This document shows positions 20,447 through 31,752 of a stretch of 64,000 nucleotides of DNA, piece by piece (positions within the stretch are counted from its first letter, which is position 1; every line of letters begins with the position of its first letter). Both the position numbers and the translations under genes were made by a program. Location: contig JBIIPZ010000007.1 in the NCBI GenBank assembly GCA_044342325.1, positions 29,738 to 93,737 on the forward strand, read 5' to 3'. The notes under the pieces were generated by a model, which saw only the letters and a list, made by a program, of their open reading frames with translations, did no database searches and was not told the DNA's origin. Origin of the DNA: Terrimicrobiaceae bacterium. GTDB lineage: Bacteria; Verrucomicrobiota; Verrucomicrobiia; Chthoniobacterales; Terrimicrobiaceae.

Positions 20447-21698
20447 AGTCAGCGTTGTCATCGGCGCGATCACCGTGGCTCTGTCGCTGGTCTTGTTTGC
20501 CACCGGCCTTCCATCGCTCATCGATGGAGTGTTGTTGAAATCCCTCGAGATTCCCCAAGACGGACGCCCCATCGCGGGCACCCCTTGGATCACATTCCTG
20601 ATTTTTGCTTTTGGAATCGCCTGGGTCTGGATGGATCTCACGAACAGGAGTCTTAAAACGATCCTCTCAGCGGCATCCCTCGTGCTCCTTTGCACATGGG
20701 CTCCCGTGCTTTCTCTTCATGGAAAATTCTTCTCTCCCGTGCTTCCCGTTTTTGCAGTCCTTTGCAGCACCGCCCTCGCATTCGCTTGGGAGCAAACTCG
20801 CCACGGACAGCGCAATCAACTTCTCGAGCGCCTTTTCGGACTGCGCCTCCCCAAGGTGGCCTTTCAATCCATCCTCGCCTCGGATGCTACACCGGATTTC
20901 CCGGGCCGTGTCGTCAATGCCTCGGTCCTCGTCATCGCCGTTCAAAACCACGCCGAACTCATGGAGCTCCTTCCTCCCGAGAGCTACACCGCGATCACGA
21001 ATCTGTATCTCAAAACCGCCTCCGATTATCTCGTCGAATCCGGTGCCTACCTCGACGAGTGCAACGGCGAGTGCATACGCGTCGTTTTCGGTGCTCCGAT
21101 TGGCGACCCTCGTCACGCCGTCCGTGCCTGCCGCGCCGCAGTGGATTTGGCCGCTCGCCTCGATGAGCTGAACAAGGAATGCGACGCGAGATGGCAACGC
21201 CGACTCGATGTGCGCATGGGCCTCGATACGGGAGACATCATCGCCGGCGTTTTCGGCGGCGGTCGTCTGGGAAGCTACAGCGTGGCCGGTCCCGCCGTGG
21301 ATTTTGCACGCCGCCTTTGCGCCGCCAGTTCCATGTATGGGGCCCGAATCCTCATTGGACCCGATGCCTACACGCCCGCTTCAGAATCCGTCGAAGTGCG
21401 TCCGATTGAAATCTTGAAGGTGGCCGAAAAGCGCCGCCGTGTGGAAATTTACGAAATCCTCGCTCCCAAGCACTCACTCACGCCCGAGCGCGAGCGCAGC
21501 CGCGACCATTTCTGGACCGGCGTCCTCTACTACCGCGAAAAACAATGGGACAAGGCTGTCGAAGAATTCACCAAGGCCCGCATCACCGGTATTCCCGATG
21601 CTGCGTTGGATTTTTACCTCCGCCGCATCGAGCAGGCCCGCCGTCAAAATACCGACACCCACAAGGAATCCGTTCCGGCACTTTTCCATGCAGCCTGA
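20433..21698 (+). CDS. Membrane-anchored class III adenylate/guanylate cyclase-like protein with degenerate active site
   Basis: About 4 TM helices, then a cyclase fold (FGAP...HAVRACRAA...VRMGLDTG...G.FG...YSVAG.AV...RL) and a TPR-like tail. Confidence 0.8.
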   Translation: MRNLKVSVVIGAITVALSLVLFATGLPSLIDGVLLKSLEIPQDGRPIAGTPWITFLIFAFGIAWVWMDLTNRSLKTILSAASLVLLCTWAPVLSLHGKFFSPVLPVFAVLCSTALAFAWEQTRHGQRNQLLERLFGLRLPKVAFQSILASDATPDFPGRVVNASVLVIAVQNHAELMELLPPESYTAITNLYLKTASDYLVESGAYLDECNGECIRVVFGAPIGDPRHAVRACRAAVDLAARLDELNKECDARWQRRLDVRMGLDTGDIIAGVFGGGRLGSYSVAGPAVDFARRLCAASSMYGARILIGPDAYTPASESVEVRPIEILKVAEKRRRVEIYEILAPKHSLTPERERSRDHFWTGVLYYREKQWDKAVEEFTKARITGIPDAALDFYLRRIEQARRQNTDTHKESVPALFHAA

Positions 21699-22164
21699 AT
21701 TTCCCCGTATCCTCACACCCGAGCAGGCCCACGAGGAACGCGACCGACTCCACGCTGAGGGAAAAAAGCTCGTCTTCACCAATGGATGTTTCGACATCCT
21801 GCACCGGGGTCATACCCAATATCTCGCCTTCGCGCGGGCACAAGGCGACGCCCTCGTCGTAGGGCTCAACAGCGACGCCTCCGTCCGCCGTGCTAAAGGC
21901 CCCACGCGACCCGTTAATGCCGAGCAGGATCGCGCCTTCGTCCTCGGTTCCCTCCGCGCCGTGGATTTCGTCGTCATTTTCGACGAAGACGAACCCCGCG
22001 ACCTCATCTCCCAAATCCTCCCCGATGTCCTCGTGAAAGGTAAAGACTGGGCCCATTATGTGAGCGGTCGCGACATCGTCGAAGCCCACGGCGGCAAAGT
22101 CGTCCTCGCCGACATGGTCGAAGGAAAATCCACCACCGCTACCATCGAGCGCCTTCGCTCTTGA
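21688..22164 (+). CDS. rfaE2: D-glycero-beta-D-manno-heptose 1-phosphate adenylyltransferase (RfaE domain II)
   Basis: VFTNGCFDILHRGH, VGLNSDASVRR.KG..RP, PDVLVKG, GKSTT. Confidence 0.9.
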   Translation: MQPEFPRILTPEQAHEERDRLHAEGKKLVFTNGCFDILHRGHTQYLAFARAQGDALVVGLNSDASVRRAKGPTRPVNAEQDRAFVLGSLRAVDFVVIFDEDEPRDLISQILPDVLVKGKDWAHYVSGRDIVEAHGGKVVLADMVEGKSTTATIERLRS

Positions 22165-22938
22165 TCAGAGTTTCCAAAACATCACGGCGGTGATGATGAG
22201 GCCAATGATGGCGATAAGTCGCCGGACAGCCTTCTGAGGGAGTCTCTGGGAGTAGGTCGAGGCGATGTAGTAGCCCGCAAACGCTCCCATGGTCATGAGA
22301 CCCATTCGCGGCCAGTCGATCAATCCGCTCGCAGTGAACCAAGCGGCGGCGACGAGATTGATGAGGGACCCCAGCACGCTTTTGAGCGTGTTCATTTGGT
22401 GAATATTTTTGAACCCCATGAAACCAAGTGTCGCCAGCATGAGAATGCCGATGCCGGCACCGAAATAGCCCCCGTAAATGGAAACTAGAAACTGGAAGAA
22501 AAGCGCCGCGAGCAAGTGGGCGCGGCGACTTGTGGGGGAATCGGATGCATGGAGTTGGCTGCCCACCCGTCCGCTCACGACGCCCTGCAACATGAAAAGA
22601 ACAGTCGCAAATAAAACCAAGTAGGGAACCAGTTCTGTGAACACCCGCTCGCTGCTGCGCGTCAGCAAGAGGCTGCCGATCCATCCCCCGGCGATGCTCA
22701 CGGGAATGAATGTCGTGAACCAGGGTTTCACATCGGCAATGTGGTTTCGGTATCCGTAAAGACTACCACCCATTCCGACCACGAGCGCAAGAGTGCTCGT
22801 GGCATTCGCGATCATTGGGGGAACTCCGAAAAGAATCAGCGTCGGAAAAGTAATGAGAGTCCCTCCGCCCGCGACGGCGTTGACTGCCCCCGCTGCACAA
22901 GCGGCAGTAAGGAGGGATACAATTTCGATCCAAGACAT
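22165..22938 (-). CDS. TauE/SafE family permease
   Basis: NAVAGGGTLITFP, ANATST, YGGYFGAGIGIL; multi-TM. Confidence 0.88.
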   Translation of the reverse strand: MSWIEIVSLLTAACAAGAVNAVAGGGTLITFPTLILFGVPPMIANATSTLALVVGMGGSLYGYRNHIADVKPWFTTFIPVSIAGGWIGSLLLTRSSERVFTELVPYLVLFATVLFMLQGVVSGRVGSQLHASDSPTSRRAHLLAALFFQFLVSIYGGYFGAGIGILMLATLGFMGFKNIHQMNTLKSVLGSLINLVAAAWFTASGLIDWPRMGLMTMGAFAGYYIASTYSQRLPQKAVRRLIAIIGLIITAVMFWKL

Positions 22939-23032
22939 CGGAAACTTTTACTCCTTTATTTCAGCTCATGCGATTCGAATGTCCTGCTTGTTCAAATGTT
23001 GGAGCCCATCAAGTATCGTTCATACATTTCCC

Positions 23033-23488
23033 ATGAAAAAGTCGAAGATCATCGAAGTTGTTTTGGAGCACCTGAGGGGGGATTTCGAGCGTCGGCAGGC
23101 TGCGGCCAAGCGGACTCGCGAGCAGGGGAATGACGCTGAGAGTAAATCTGAGGGGAAATACGACACGCGCTCCACAGAGGAGAATTACCTGGCGGATGGA
23201 TTGGCTCGGCAGGCGCTCGAGGCGGCTGCCGCAGCCGAGGCGATTGAGAAAATGCCGATTCGGGATTTCGCGGCGGGTGAGGGGATCGATATTGGCGCTC
23301 TCGTCGAATTGGAATTTGCAAAGGAGACGGAATTTTTTCTCATCGCCACATCTGGAGGGGGAACGGAGGTTGTCTGGAACAAGAAGACGATCGTCGTTTT
23401 GACGCCGGAGTCGCCATTGGGTTCCCAACTCATCGCTCGCCGTGTTGGCGAGCGGGTGGGGGATGCGAAAATTAAGCGGGTCTTTTAG
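23033..23488 (+). CDS. GreA/GreB-family protein (KYDT type)
   Basis: N-terminal coiled coil with EGKYDTR..E.NYLA; C-terminal IGALVEL...LTPESPLGSQL. Confidence 0.75.
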   Translation: MKKSKIIEVVLEHLRGDFERRQAAAKRTREQGNDAESKSEGKYDTRSTEENYLADGLARQALEAAAAAEAIEKMPIRDFAAGEGIDIGALVELEFAKETEFFLIATSGGGTEVVWNKKTIVVLTPESPLGSQLIARRVGERVGDAKIKRVF

Positions 23489-24336
23489 GCGAGCAGAGAG
23501 TCGCAGAGGAGCATCAGTCGCCTACGCAACGGTCGGACCCGCTCGGCGAATTCCCTTTGGCATTTCTCATACTGCGCCCGCCCTTCCGAGGTCTCGATGG
23601 GAACTGGGCTGTAGCCGTGAGAAGTCAGATCGTAGGGGCTGGCCCGCATATCGAGCTCCCGGATGTCGCGGGCGAGTTCAAAGGTGTCCGCGATAAGTTC
23701 TGAGGGGCACCACGGCGCCAGTTTGAAAGCCCACTTGTATAAATCCATATTCGCATGGAGACAGCCCGGTTGCTCAAGGGTGGGGGATGATTCACGCGTC
23801 GGTTGCAGGCGGTTCAGCGGGCGCGCCTCTGGGGTGAAAAAACGAAAAGCGTCGTAATGCGAGCACCTCACAGGCAGGGAATCCACAACTTCCGCGACTT
23901 CGCTTGGCGACAGGCGAAGTGGCTGCGTCGCATAGCGAAGCTCGCCGGATTTGTAAACCATGGCCCATTCGTGGAGCCCATGGCATCCGAAGAAAGGAGC
24001 CCGGTTCGCCGTGCTCGCGAGAAATTGACCGAGCCACTGAACGAAGTGGCGCCGTTTCTCCGAAAGGGGCTCGACTGTTACCCCATGCCGCGTTGCGATG
24101 TAGCCGGGGACGCCAAGATAGAACTCCGCCTCGTCTCCCCGCAGCGCACATCCAAAGCCCGCATGCCATCGCCGCAGTAGCGACGGGCGATTCGGATAAT
24201 ATTCGAAAAGAAAATCATCTACCGGATGTTTGAGCCCTTGCGAAGCACGTTGAAGCCGGGGAGTTACCCAAGGCTCCACCCGGCGCTCATGAGCAGTGCG
24301 CAGAGCTATCCACTCCGATGGCGAGAGGGTTTTCAC
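23485..24336 (-). CDS. Conserved protein (family often annotated 3-methyladenine DNA glycosylase)
   Basis: KHPVDDFLFEYY, GCHGLHEWAMVY, CSHYDAFRFFT, QPGCLHANMDLYKW, DMRASPYDL. Confidence 0.7.
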   Translation of the reverse strand: MKTLSPSEWIALRTAHERRVEPWVTPRLQRASQGLKHPVDDFLFEYYPNRPSLLRRWHAGFGCALRGDEAEFYLGVPGYIATRHGVTVEPLSEKRRHFVQWLGQFLASTANRAPFFGCHGLHEWAMVYKSGELRYATQPLRLSPSEVAEVVDSLPVRCSHYDAFRFFTPEARPLNRLQPTRESSPTLEQPGCLHANMDLYKWAFKLAPWCPSELIADTFELARDIRELDMRASPYDLTSHGYSPVPIETSEGRAQYEKCQREFAERVRPLRRRLMLLCDSLLA

Positions 24337-24367
24337 GCATCAATCCTCCGCGTGGAGGTTATATGTC

Positions 24368-25660
24368 TCAGGCGATAGCTAGTCGTTTAGCCAAGAGTTT
24401 CTCAAGGTGCGCCCGCAGGTTTTCGTTCTCAATCCGTTCCAAAAGGGTGTTGAAAAAGCCGTTCACGATGAGGCGGCGTCCGGCGTCGCGCTTGATGCCG
24501 CGGGCCTGCATGTAGAAGAGTTCGTCTTGGCTTACGGGGCCGTTGGTGGCTCCGTGGCTGCAGCGGACTTCGTCGTTCAAGATTTCGAGGCCGGGCATGG
24601 AGTTGGGGTCGGCGTCATCGCTGAGGATGAGGTTTTTGACCTTTTGGTAGGCGTCTGTGCCCTTGGCGCCGGGTTCCACTTTGATAAGTCCGGCGAAGAT
24701 GGTGCGGGACTTGTCGTCGAGGGCGTTGAGGTAGAGGAGGTCGCTGGTGGCGTGGGGCGCGACATGGTCTTGCAAGGTGCGTTGATCGATCTCGCGGGTT
24801 CCTTCGACGGGGTTGATGGAGAACATTTCACTGCGGGAGCCTTCGCCGATGAGGCGGCTGAGGCTTTCGCCGCGCACGAATCCACTACCAAAGTTTGCGA
24901 TGAGGGCGGTGCAGGTCGCGTTGCGGTCCACCGAAGTGGAATTCAGGTGGAATGCGGTCGTCTCAAGGGACCAGTCTTGGACGGAGACGTAGGTAAGCTT
25001 GGCTCCGGCGGCGAGGTGGAGGTCGTTGACTCCGCAGGCGAAGGCAGGAAGCTTGTCGGCCGACTTGAAGTAGTCGACGACGGTGACGCTGCTGTTCTCG
25101 CCGCAGACGATGAGCGTGTGTGGGAAGACGGAGGCGTTGGCACCTTCGACCCATTGGAAGATTTCGATGGGTAGTTGGACGCTTGTGTTGGCTGGCACGA
25201 AGAGGAATGCACCGCCCGCAACACGGCCTTTGTGGAGCGCGGCGTATTTGCGGGAGCCGAGTTCCACGGGCTGCGCCATGAAGTATTTTTTGAAGAGGTC
25301 AGCGTGCTTGGTAGCGGCTGTTTCGAGTGTTTCAAAAATGACTCCGGCGGGCAGTGAGGATTCGCGGTGGAGAAGGGTGTTGTTGCCGAGGACGAGCTTG
25401 GCGGCCGTTTCGGCGAGGCCGGTGGAAGCGTTGATCAGGCGGCCTTCGCTGGCGACGGGCTTGGCCTCGATGAACGAGGAAAGGTCGAGGGCCTTGAGGT
25501 TGGCGAACCGCCATGCTTCATCCTTGAGAGAAGGGGTGGGGGAGTTCTCGTATTCCGCGACGGCATGGGATTGTTCGGCGGCGAACCAGGCGGGCCATGC
25601 GCTTGTCGCGTTGGCGGGATTTTCAAGTGTGTTGCTCATTGTTTGCGTTTCCCGGGTCAA
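24368..25660 (-). CDS. sufD: Fe-S cluster assembly protein SufD
   Basis: [33 protein letters not shown]; follows sufB. Confidence 0.92.
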   Translation of the reverse strand: MTRETQTMSNTLENPANATSAWPAWFAAEQSHAVAEYENSPTPSLKDEAWRFANLKALDLSSFIEAKPVASEGRLINASTGLAETAAKLVLGNNTLLHRESSLPAGVIFETLETAATKHADLFKKYFMAQPVELGSRKYAALHKGRVAGGAFLFVPANTSVQLPIEIFQWVEGANASVFPHTLIVCGENSSVTVVDYFKSADKLPAFACGVNDLHLAAGAKLTYVSVQDWSLETTAFHLNSTSVDRNATCTALIANFGSGFVRGESLSRLIGEGSRSEMFSINPVEGTREIDQRTLQDHVAPHATSDLLYLNALDDKSRTIFAGLIKVEPGAKGTDAYQKVKNLILSDDADPNSMPGLEILNDEVRCSHGATNGPVSQDELFYMQARGIKRDAGRRLIVNGFFNTLLERIENENLRAHLEKLLAKRLAIA

Positions 25661-27063
25661 CCGACGGACCCTTCCATTTCCAAGTCGATGAGGCGCTTCA
25701 GCTCGACCGAGTATTCCATGGGGAATTGTTGAACCAGGTCGTTGACGAATCCATTCACCGCGAGACTCATTGCCGCGGCTTCGGAGATGCCGCGCTGCTG
25801 CATGTAGAAGATCTGCTCCGCGCTGATCTTGCTGACCGAGGCTTCATGCTGGCAGGCGTTTTCCTTCCCGCGCACTGTGATGGCGGGGTAGGTGTCCGTG
25901 CGGCTCTCGGTGTTGATGAGAAGGGCGTCGCACTCGGTGTTGTTTTTGCAGCCTTTCAGATGGCGACCGATCTGCACAAGGCCGCGGTAGGTCGAGCGTC
26001 CTGAGCCGAGGCTGATGCTCTTGGACACGATGTTGCTCGTAGTTTCATCTGCGGCATGCACCATCTTCGCACCGGTGTCTTGATGCTGTCCATCACCAGC
26101 GAGAGCGATCGAGATCACTTCTCCGCGTGCCTTGCGGCCTTTCATAATCACACCTGGATATTTCATCGTCAGGCGGGAGCCGATATTGCAATCGATCCAC
26201 TTGATTTCAGCTTCCTCGTGGGCGAGGCCGCGTTTGGTGACGAGATTGAAAACATTCGCCGACCAGTTTTGGACCGTGATGTATTGGATTTTTGCGCCCT
26301 TGAGGGCGACGAGTTCCACGACGGCGCTGTGGAGTGTGGAGGTCTCGAATTTCGGGGCCGTGCAGCCCTCCATATACATGACCTCGCTGCCTTCATCAGC
26401 AATGATGAGTGTGCGTTCGAACTGACCGAAGTTTTCGGCATTGATGCGGAAGTAGGCCTGCAGCGGGTGTTTCACCTTCACTCCTGGTGGGATGTAGATG
26501 AACGATCCGCCTGAAAAGACGGCGCTGTTGAGCGCAGAGAATTTGTTGTCACCCGTGGGGATGACTTTTCCAAACCACTTCTTGAAAATCTCGGGGTGTT
26601 TATGGAGTCCCTCGGTGGAACCCACAAAAATGACGCCCTGCTCGCCGACGGCAGCCTTGATGTTTGAGTAGGCGGCCTCGCTGTCGAATTGGGCCTCGAC
26701 GCCGGCCAGAAATTTCCGCTCCTGCTCGGGGATGCCGAGCCGCTCGAAGGTGCGCTTCACATCCTCAGGGACATCGTCCCAGGAACGCTTGGGTTGGGTT
26801 CCCTGCGAGAGGTAGTAGCGGATGTTTTCAAAAACGATGTTGTCCAGGTCATGGCTTGCCCAGTTGGTGGGCATGGGCATGGAGTTGAATTTGCGAAGGG
26901 CTTCCTTGCGGAATTCACGGATCCAGTCGGGGTCTTTTTTGACATCGCAAATGTAGTCGATGGTTTTTTCCGAAAGGCCGATGCCGGCGTCGAATTCGTA
27001 ATCGACATCGTAGTGGAAGTCACCGACCGAGCGGTCGATGTTGAGATCAGGTTTGGTTTCCAT
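25657..27063 (-). CDS. sufB: Fe-S cluster assembly protein SufB
   Basis: [56 protein letters not shown]. Confidence 0.97.
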   Translation of the reverse strand: METKPDLNIDRSVGDFHYDVDYEFDAGIGLSEKTIDYICDVKKDPDWIREFRKEALRKFNSMPMPTNWASHDLDNIVFENIRYYLSQGTQPKRSWDDVPEDVKRTFERLGIPEQERKFLAGVEAQFDSEAAYSNIKAAVGEQGVIFVGSTEGLHKHPEIFKKWFGKVIPTGDNKFSALNSAVFSGGSFIYIPPGVKVKHPLQAYFRINAENFGQFERTLIIADEGSEVMYMEGCTAPKFETSTLHSAVVELVALKGAKIQYITVQNWSANVFNLVTKRGLAHEEAEIKWIDCNIGSRLTMKYPGVIMKGRKARGEVISIALAGDGQHQDTGAKMVHAADETTSNIVSKSISLGSGRSTYRGLVQIGRHLKGCKNNTECDALLINTESRTDTYPAITVRGKENACQHEASVSKISAEQIFYMQQRGISEAAAMSLAVNGFVNDLVQQFPMEYSVELKRLIDLEMEGSVG

Positions 27064-27084
27064 GGTTTTGTCCTCCGGAGAAAA

Positions 27085-27843
27085 TTAGGCTTTTTGGAGC
27101 AGTTCTTTTTCGACCCAGTCGTAGCCCTCGGCTTCGAGTTTGTGGGCAAGTGTCTTGTCGCCGCTCATTACGATGCGGCCATCCACCATCACATGCACAA
27201 CATCCGGCACGATGTAGTCGAGCAGGCGCTGGTAGTGGGTAATGACAAGAAGTCCGCGCTCGGGGCTGCGCATGGCGTTCACTCCCTCGGAGACAATGCG
27301 CAGGGCGTCGATGTCGAGTCCGCTGTCCGTTTCATCCAGCACGGCATAGACGGGGTTGAGCATCGCCATTTGAAGAACCTCGCAGCGTTTCTTTTCGCCG
27401 CCGGAGAAACCTTCGTTGACCGCGCGGGATGTGAATTTGCGGTCGATCTTGAGCATGTCCATTTTCTCGTAGAGGTGGTGGTAATACTCCACGGCATCGA
27501 GTTCCTCGCCTTCTGGCAGACGGGCCTGAAGTGCGGCGCGGATGAAATTTGCAATCGTCACGCCGGGGATTTCCATCGGGTATTGGAAGGCGACAAAGAG
27601 CCCCGCCCGTGCGCGCTGGTCGGGTTCCTCCATTTCAAAGAGATTGAGCCCGTCGAGCAGAACCTGGCCGCCTGTGACCTCGTAATCGGGATGGCCGGCC
27701 ATCACTTTGGCGAGCGTGGATTTGCCAGAGCCGTTTTTACCCATGATGGCGTGGACTTCGCCCTTCGGGATTTCGAGGTTGAGTCCTTTGAGGATTTCGC
27801 GGTCTCCGATTTTTGCGTGAAGGTTTTCGATTTTGAGGCTCAT
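27085..27843 (-). CDS. sufC: Fe-S cluster assembly ATPase SufC
   Basis: [51 protein letters not shown]. Confidence 0.97.
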   Translation of the reverse strand: MSLKIENLHAKIGDREILKGLNLEIPKGEVHAIMGKNGSGKSTLAKVMAGHPDYEVTGGQVLLDGLNLFEMEEPDQRARAGLFVAFQYPMEIPGVTIANFIRAALQARLPEGEELDAVEYYHHLYEKMDMLKIDRKFTSRAVNEGFSGGEKKRCEVLQMAMLNPVYAVLDETDSGLDIDALRIVSEGVNAMRSPERGLLVITHYQRLLDYIVPDVVHVMVDGRIVMSGDKTLAHKLEAEGYDWVEKELLQKA

Positions 27844-28283
27844 GATTTGGTGTGTGTGGTTTTTTTGCAGGCCGGGCAGGTGCCTCGGAGAGTGATTTCG
27901 GAATGGTTAATGATAAAGCCCGAGGGGACTTTGAGAAACTGGGTGAGTGACCCGCCTTTGGTAACCGGGATATCGGAAACGATGCCGCAGGAATTACAAA
28001 CGAAGTGGCCGTGTTCGGAGAGGTTTGGGCAGTAGCGGGTGGCCTCGCGTTCGACATTCACCTGTTTGGCGAGACCGCACTCCACCAGGGTTTCAAGGCA
28101 GTTGTAGACCGTCGCCAGCGAAATGGTGGGAACGCGTTTCTTGGCTCTCAGGAAAACCTCGGTGGCCGTGGGGTGGTCACGGTCCGCGAGAAGCACATTG
28201 TAAACCTCGCGCCGCTGCGGGGTGAGGCGATGGCCGTTGTGGCTGATCGTTTCTTCGTAGGCGGGTTGGGTGGTCTTGTTCAC
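27840..28283 (-). CDS. Fur/PerR-family transcriptional regulator
   Basis: [36 protein letters not shown]. Confidence 0.92.
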   Translation of the reverse strand: MNKTTQPAYEETISHNGHRLTPQRREVYNVLLADRDHPTATEVFLRAKKRVPTISLATVYNCLETLVECGLAKQVNVEREATRYCPNLSEHGHFVCNSCGIVSDIPVTKGGSLTQFLKVPSGFIINHSEITLRGTCPACKKTTHTKS

Positions 28284-28320
28284 AGAAAGCAGGAATACAT
28301 AGCCGCGCCAAATGGCTAAT

Positions 28321-28335
28321 CAAGAATTATTCTAA
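28321..28335 (-). promoter_or_regulatory. Putative Per/Fur box upstream of fur-sufCBD
   Basis: TTAGAATAATTCTTG with palindromic core AGAAT-N-ATTCT; resembles TTAnAATnATTnTAA and overlaps a TTGATT -35 candidate. Confidence 0.55.
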
Positions 28336-28342
28336 TTAAGGG

Positions 28343-28374
28343 TGATCGGACGGATTAGACTGATCGGACTGATC
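28343..28374. repeat. Short 9-bp tandem repeat
   Basis: TGATCGGAC-GGATTAGAC-TGATCGGAC-TGATC. Confidence 0.6.
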
Positions 28375-28393
28375 AAGCAGCAGGCGGGGAAGC

Positions 28394-29662
28394 TTAGGCG
28401 GCGTCTTTCTCCTGCTTGCGCCGGAGGACTGGGGCTTTTTTGCCTTCGACAACGGCTCGGTTGATTGTGACCTCCGAGATGTCTTCACGGCTTGGGCAAT
28501 CAAACATGACATCGAGCATGATACGTTCGATCATCGAGCGCAGGGCGCGGGCTCCAGTGCCTTTGCGGATGGCTTCGGCGGCGAGGGCGCGCAGGCCATC
28601 CTTCGTCATGTTGAGCGTGACGCCATCCATGCCGAGAAGCTTCGCGTATTGTTTGGTCATCGCGTTTTTCGGCTCGGTAAGAACGGATACCAACTGCTCT
28701 TCGTTGAGCTCCTCGAGGGTTGCCACGACGGGGAGGCGTCCGATGAACTCTGGGATAAGGCCAAAGCTGATGAGGTCTTCCGGTTCCACCATCTTGAGGG
28801 TTTCGGAGCGGTTGGACTCGTTCGTAGCTGATCCAATCGGGGCATTGAATCCCATGGTGCGTCCGCCGAGTCGGCGTTGGATGATTTTTTCGAGACCCAC
28901 GAAGGCACCGCCGCAGATGAAAAGAATCTTCTCGGTGTTGACCTGAATGTATTCCTGCTGCGGATGCTTACGACCGCCTTGGGGTGGGACATTGCAAACG
29001 GCGGCTTCGAGAATTTTGAGAAGGGCTTGCTGAACGCCTTCGCCTGAGACATCGCGAGTGATGCTCACATTGTCGGTTTTGCGTCCGATCTTATCGATTT
29101 CGTCGATGTAGATGATGCCCATCTCACAGCGCTTCACATCGAAGTCCGCGCTTTGGAGGAGGCGGAGAATGATGTTTTCGACATCCTCTCCCACATAGCC
29201 AGCCTCGGTGATGGATGTGGCATCCGCAATGGCGAACGGCACATCAAGCACCTGCGCCAATGTTCGGGCGAGGAGGGTCTTACCAGAACCGGTGGGACCG
29301 AGGAGAAGGATATTGCTCTTCTCGATCTGCACATCGTTGAGGTGATCCATCTCCAGCAAGCCTGTCGAAGTCTGTGTGAGGCGCTTGTAGTGGTTGTGAA
29401 CAGCAACGGAAAGCACCCTCTTAGCGGTGTCTTGTCCGATAACATGCTGGTCTAGGAGTTTCTTAATCTCGACGGGCTTGGGAACTCGGAGGGAAGGCTT
29501 GCTTTTGCGCGAGTCGTCTTTGAGCTCTTTTTCCAAGATTCCCCTGCAAATGGTGATGCAGCTGTCGCAAATGTAAACGCCGGGGCCGGCGATGAGTTTG
29601 CGAACTTCGGCTTGGCTCTTTCCGCAGAAAGAGCACATGGTGAGATTGTTCGGGCGCGCCAT
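28394..29662 (-). CDS. clpX: ATP-dependent Clp protease ATPase ClpX
   Basis: CSFCGK...ICDSC Zn finger, [25 protein letters not shown]. Confidence 0.97.
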   Translation of the reverse strand: MARPNNLTMCSFCGKSQAEVRKLIAGPGVYICDSCITICRGILEKELKDDSRKSKPSLRVPKPVEIKKLLDQHVIGQDTAKRVLSVAVHNHYKRLTQTSTGLLEMDHLNDVQIEKSNILLLGPTGSGKTLLARTLAQVLDVPFAIADATSITEAGYVGEDVENIILRLLQSADFDVKRCEMGIIYIDEIDKIGRKTDNVSITRDVSGEGVQQALLKILEAAVCNVPPQGGRKHPQQEYIQVNTEKILFICGGAFVGLEKIIQRRLGGRTMGFNAPIGSATNESNRSETLKMVEPEDLISFGLIPEFIGRLPVVATLEELNEEQLVSVLTEPKNAMTKQYAKLLGMDGVTLNMTKDGLRALAAEAIRKGTGARALRSMIERIMLDVMFDCPSREDISEVTINRAVVEGKKAPVLRRKQEKDAA

Positions 29663-29673
29663 TGAGAGTGGGA

Positions 29674-30294
29674 CTACTCGGCGGCTTTTACGGTTTCAAC
29701 AATGTCTTTGATGTCCTTGCGGGACTTCACGACTTCATCCACGAGACCATAGGCTTTAGCCTCATCGGCGGTCATGTAGTTGTCGCGGTCGGCATCGCGC
29801 TCGATCTGCTCGACGGTTTGGCCTGTGTGGTGTGAGAGAAGGCGATTCAGGCGCTTTTTCAGCTTGAACATGAACTCGACTTGGCGCTCCACATCACTGG
29901 CTTGGCCTTTGGCGCCGCCGGAGACTTGGTGGATCATGATGTCGGAGTTCGGGAGCGCGTAGCGTTTGCCCTTGGTTCCCGCGCAGAGCAAAACCGCACC
30001 CATGCTGGCTGCGAGGCCCATGCAGTAGGTGTTCACATCGCAGGTCACGAATTGCATTGTATCGTAAATCGCGAGGCCGGCAGTTACGGAACCACCAGGC
30101 GAGTTGATGTAGATGTTAATGTCTTTTTTCGCGTCTTCCATTTGAAGGAAAAGAAGTTGTGCGATGACAAGGTTCGCTACTGTGTCGTCAATCGGAGTTC
30201 CGATGAAGATGATGCGATCCTTGAGGAGGCGGGAGTAGATATCGTAGCTGCGTTCACCGCGGCCAGTTTGTTCGACGACGATTGGGACTAACAT
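29674..30294 (-). CDS. clpP: Clp protease proteolytic subunit
   Basis: [36 protein letters not shown]. Confidence 0.97.
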   Translation of the reverse strand: MLVPIVVEQTGRGERSYDIYSRLLKDRIIFIGTPIDDTVANLVIAQLLFLQMEDAKKDINIYINSPGGSVTAGLAIYDTMQFVTCDVNTYCMGLAASMGAVLLCAGTKGKRYALPNSDIMIHQVSGGAKGQASDVERQVEFMFKLKKRLNRLLSHHTGQTVEQIERDADRDNYMTADEAKAYGLVDEVVKSRKDIKDIVETVKAAE

Positions 30295-30308
30295 AGTGTG
30301 AGATCGGT

Positions 30309-31634
30309 TTAGGCCGCTTGCGGGGCGGCAGGTTCTGTGACGGTAGCACCGGAGGCAATCAAATCAAGTGCCTTGGTGATGCGAATCTGATCGCGCAGAC
30401 GGTTGACGCCTCCGCTGCGGGCGAGTTCGCCGGCGAGTTTTTTGACAGGCATCTGCTGGCGTTCCGCCATTTGAAGGATGGCTTGATAAACTTCGGCATC
30501 GGTCTCTTCGATTTTTTCCTCATCCGCTATACGGGTGAGGAGGAAATTTGAGCGCACGCGGTTGCTTGCGGTCTGTGAGGCGTTTTGAACAATTTCCTCG
30601 GTGTGGGCTTTGATCTCCTCGTCGGAAATGCCCCGGGCCTGTGATTCTCCGACGATATCTTTGAGAATATATGATGTCTCGCTGGCAACAAGGCGTTCGG
30701 GAAGTTCGCAGGTGAAGAGGCTGAGCAGCTTTTCAACGACGGCGTTCTTTTTCGCCATCTCAAATTGATACTCGGCGGATTCCTCTTGGCGCTCGCGGAT
30801 TTTTTTGCGGAGTCCTTCGAGTGTCTGGCCTGGTTCGATCTTGGCAGCCAGTTCGTCGTCCAATGGAGCGGGAGTGCGGGTGTTGATCGCGTGGAGTGTG
30901 ACGGCATAGGTCACTTTGCGGTTGCGGAGTTCTTCGAGCGGGAAGTTTTCTGGCACGTCGAGTGTGAGAGTGCGTTCTTGGGCGATTTCCATTCCCTCGA
31001 TGCCTTTTGCAAAGCCGGGGATCAAGGTTCCCTCGTCCATCAGAACCCACGCGTTGCGGCGTCCTTGGATTTGTGCGGGGGCCTTGGGAGCGATCTTGGC
31101 GATCGGTTCGCCATCCACCGTGCCCTCATAGGTCACAACCGCATAGTCGCCCATTGCGAGGGGACGGTCTGTGACGGGTTCAAATTTCGAGTGGGGATCG
31201 CGGAGGTATTCCAGAAGCCCTTCGACGTCCTCATCGGTCACGGTTTTCTTGGCGACTTCAACAGCGATGTTTTTGTAGTCTGGGAGTTCGAAATCCGGGG
31301 TCTGAATAACCGTGGCCAGGATTTTCATGGACTTGTCAGCGGCGATTTCCGCCTTCTCCACACTATCGACGGCGTGGATTTTGATATTTTTTGTTTTAAC
31401 GGCTTCGCGAATCGCTTCGCCGACGAGCTTGGTTTTCACCTCTTCTTCGATGTCCTTGGCATAACGCGAGGCAATCAACGAAGCGGGTGCTTTGCCAGGA
31501 CGATAGCCGGGCAGGCGGGCTTGTTTTTGAAATTCCTTGGAAATGGTGTTCCATTCCGCGCTGACCCGGTCCGACGGAAGGTCGATTTCCAAGGCCACAA
31601 CACAATTCTTTTGATAATCCAGAGCGACATTCAT
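30309..31634 (-). CDS. tig: Trigger factor
   Basis: PGYRPGKAP ribosome-binding motif, FKBP-like core; canonical tig-clpP-clpX order. Confidence 0.93.
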   Translation of the reverse strand: MNVALDYQKNCVVALEIDLPSDRVSAEWNTISKEFQKQARLPGYRPGKAPASLIASRYAKDIEEEVKTKLVGEAIREAVKTKNIKIHAVDSVEKAEIAADKSMKILATVIQTPDFELPDYKNIAVEVAKKTVTDEDVEGLLEYLRDPHSKFEPVTDRPLAMGDYAVVTYEGTVDGEPIAKIAPKAPAQIQGRRNAWVLMDEGTLIPGFAKGIEGMEIAQERTLTLDVPENFPLEELRNRKVTYAVTLHAINTRTPAPLDDELAAKIEPGQTLEGLRKKIRERQEESAEYQFEMAKKNAVVEKLLSLFTCELPERLVASETSYILKDIVGESQARGISDEEIKAHTEEIVQNASQTASNRVRSNFLLTRIADEEKIEETDAEVYQAILQMAERQQMPVKKLAGELARSGGVNRLRDQIRITKALDLIASGATVTEPAAPQAA

Positions 31635-31752
31635 GATGAGCCCGCCAGCAAAGCAGAATCATGCGAGGTGGGCAATCGATGTCTGAAAGAAAATGCGGTC
31701 TTTGAAACGCCCGCCTCGTCAATGAGCCGCAGGCGGGTATCTTGCATCTCTC

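Noticed and set aside
26689..28035. 448-aa ORF on + strand
   Set aside because: Antisense to sufB, sufC and the Fur-family gene, which have clear family motifs.
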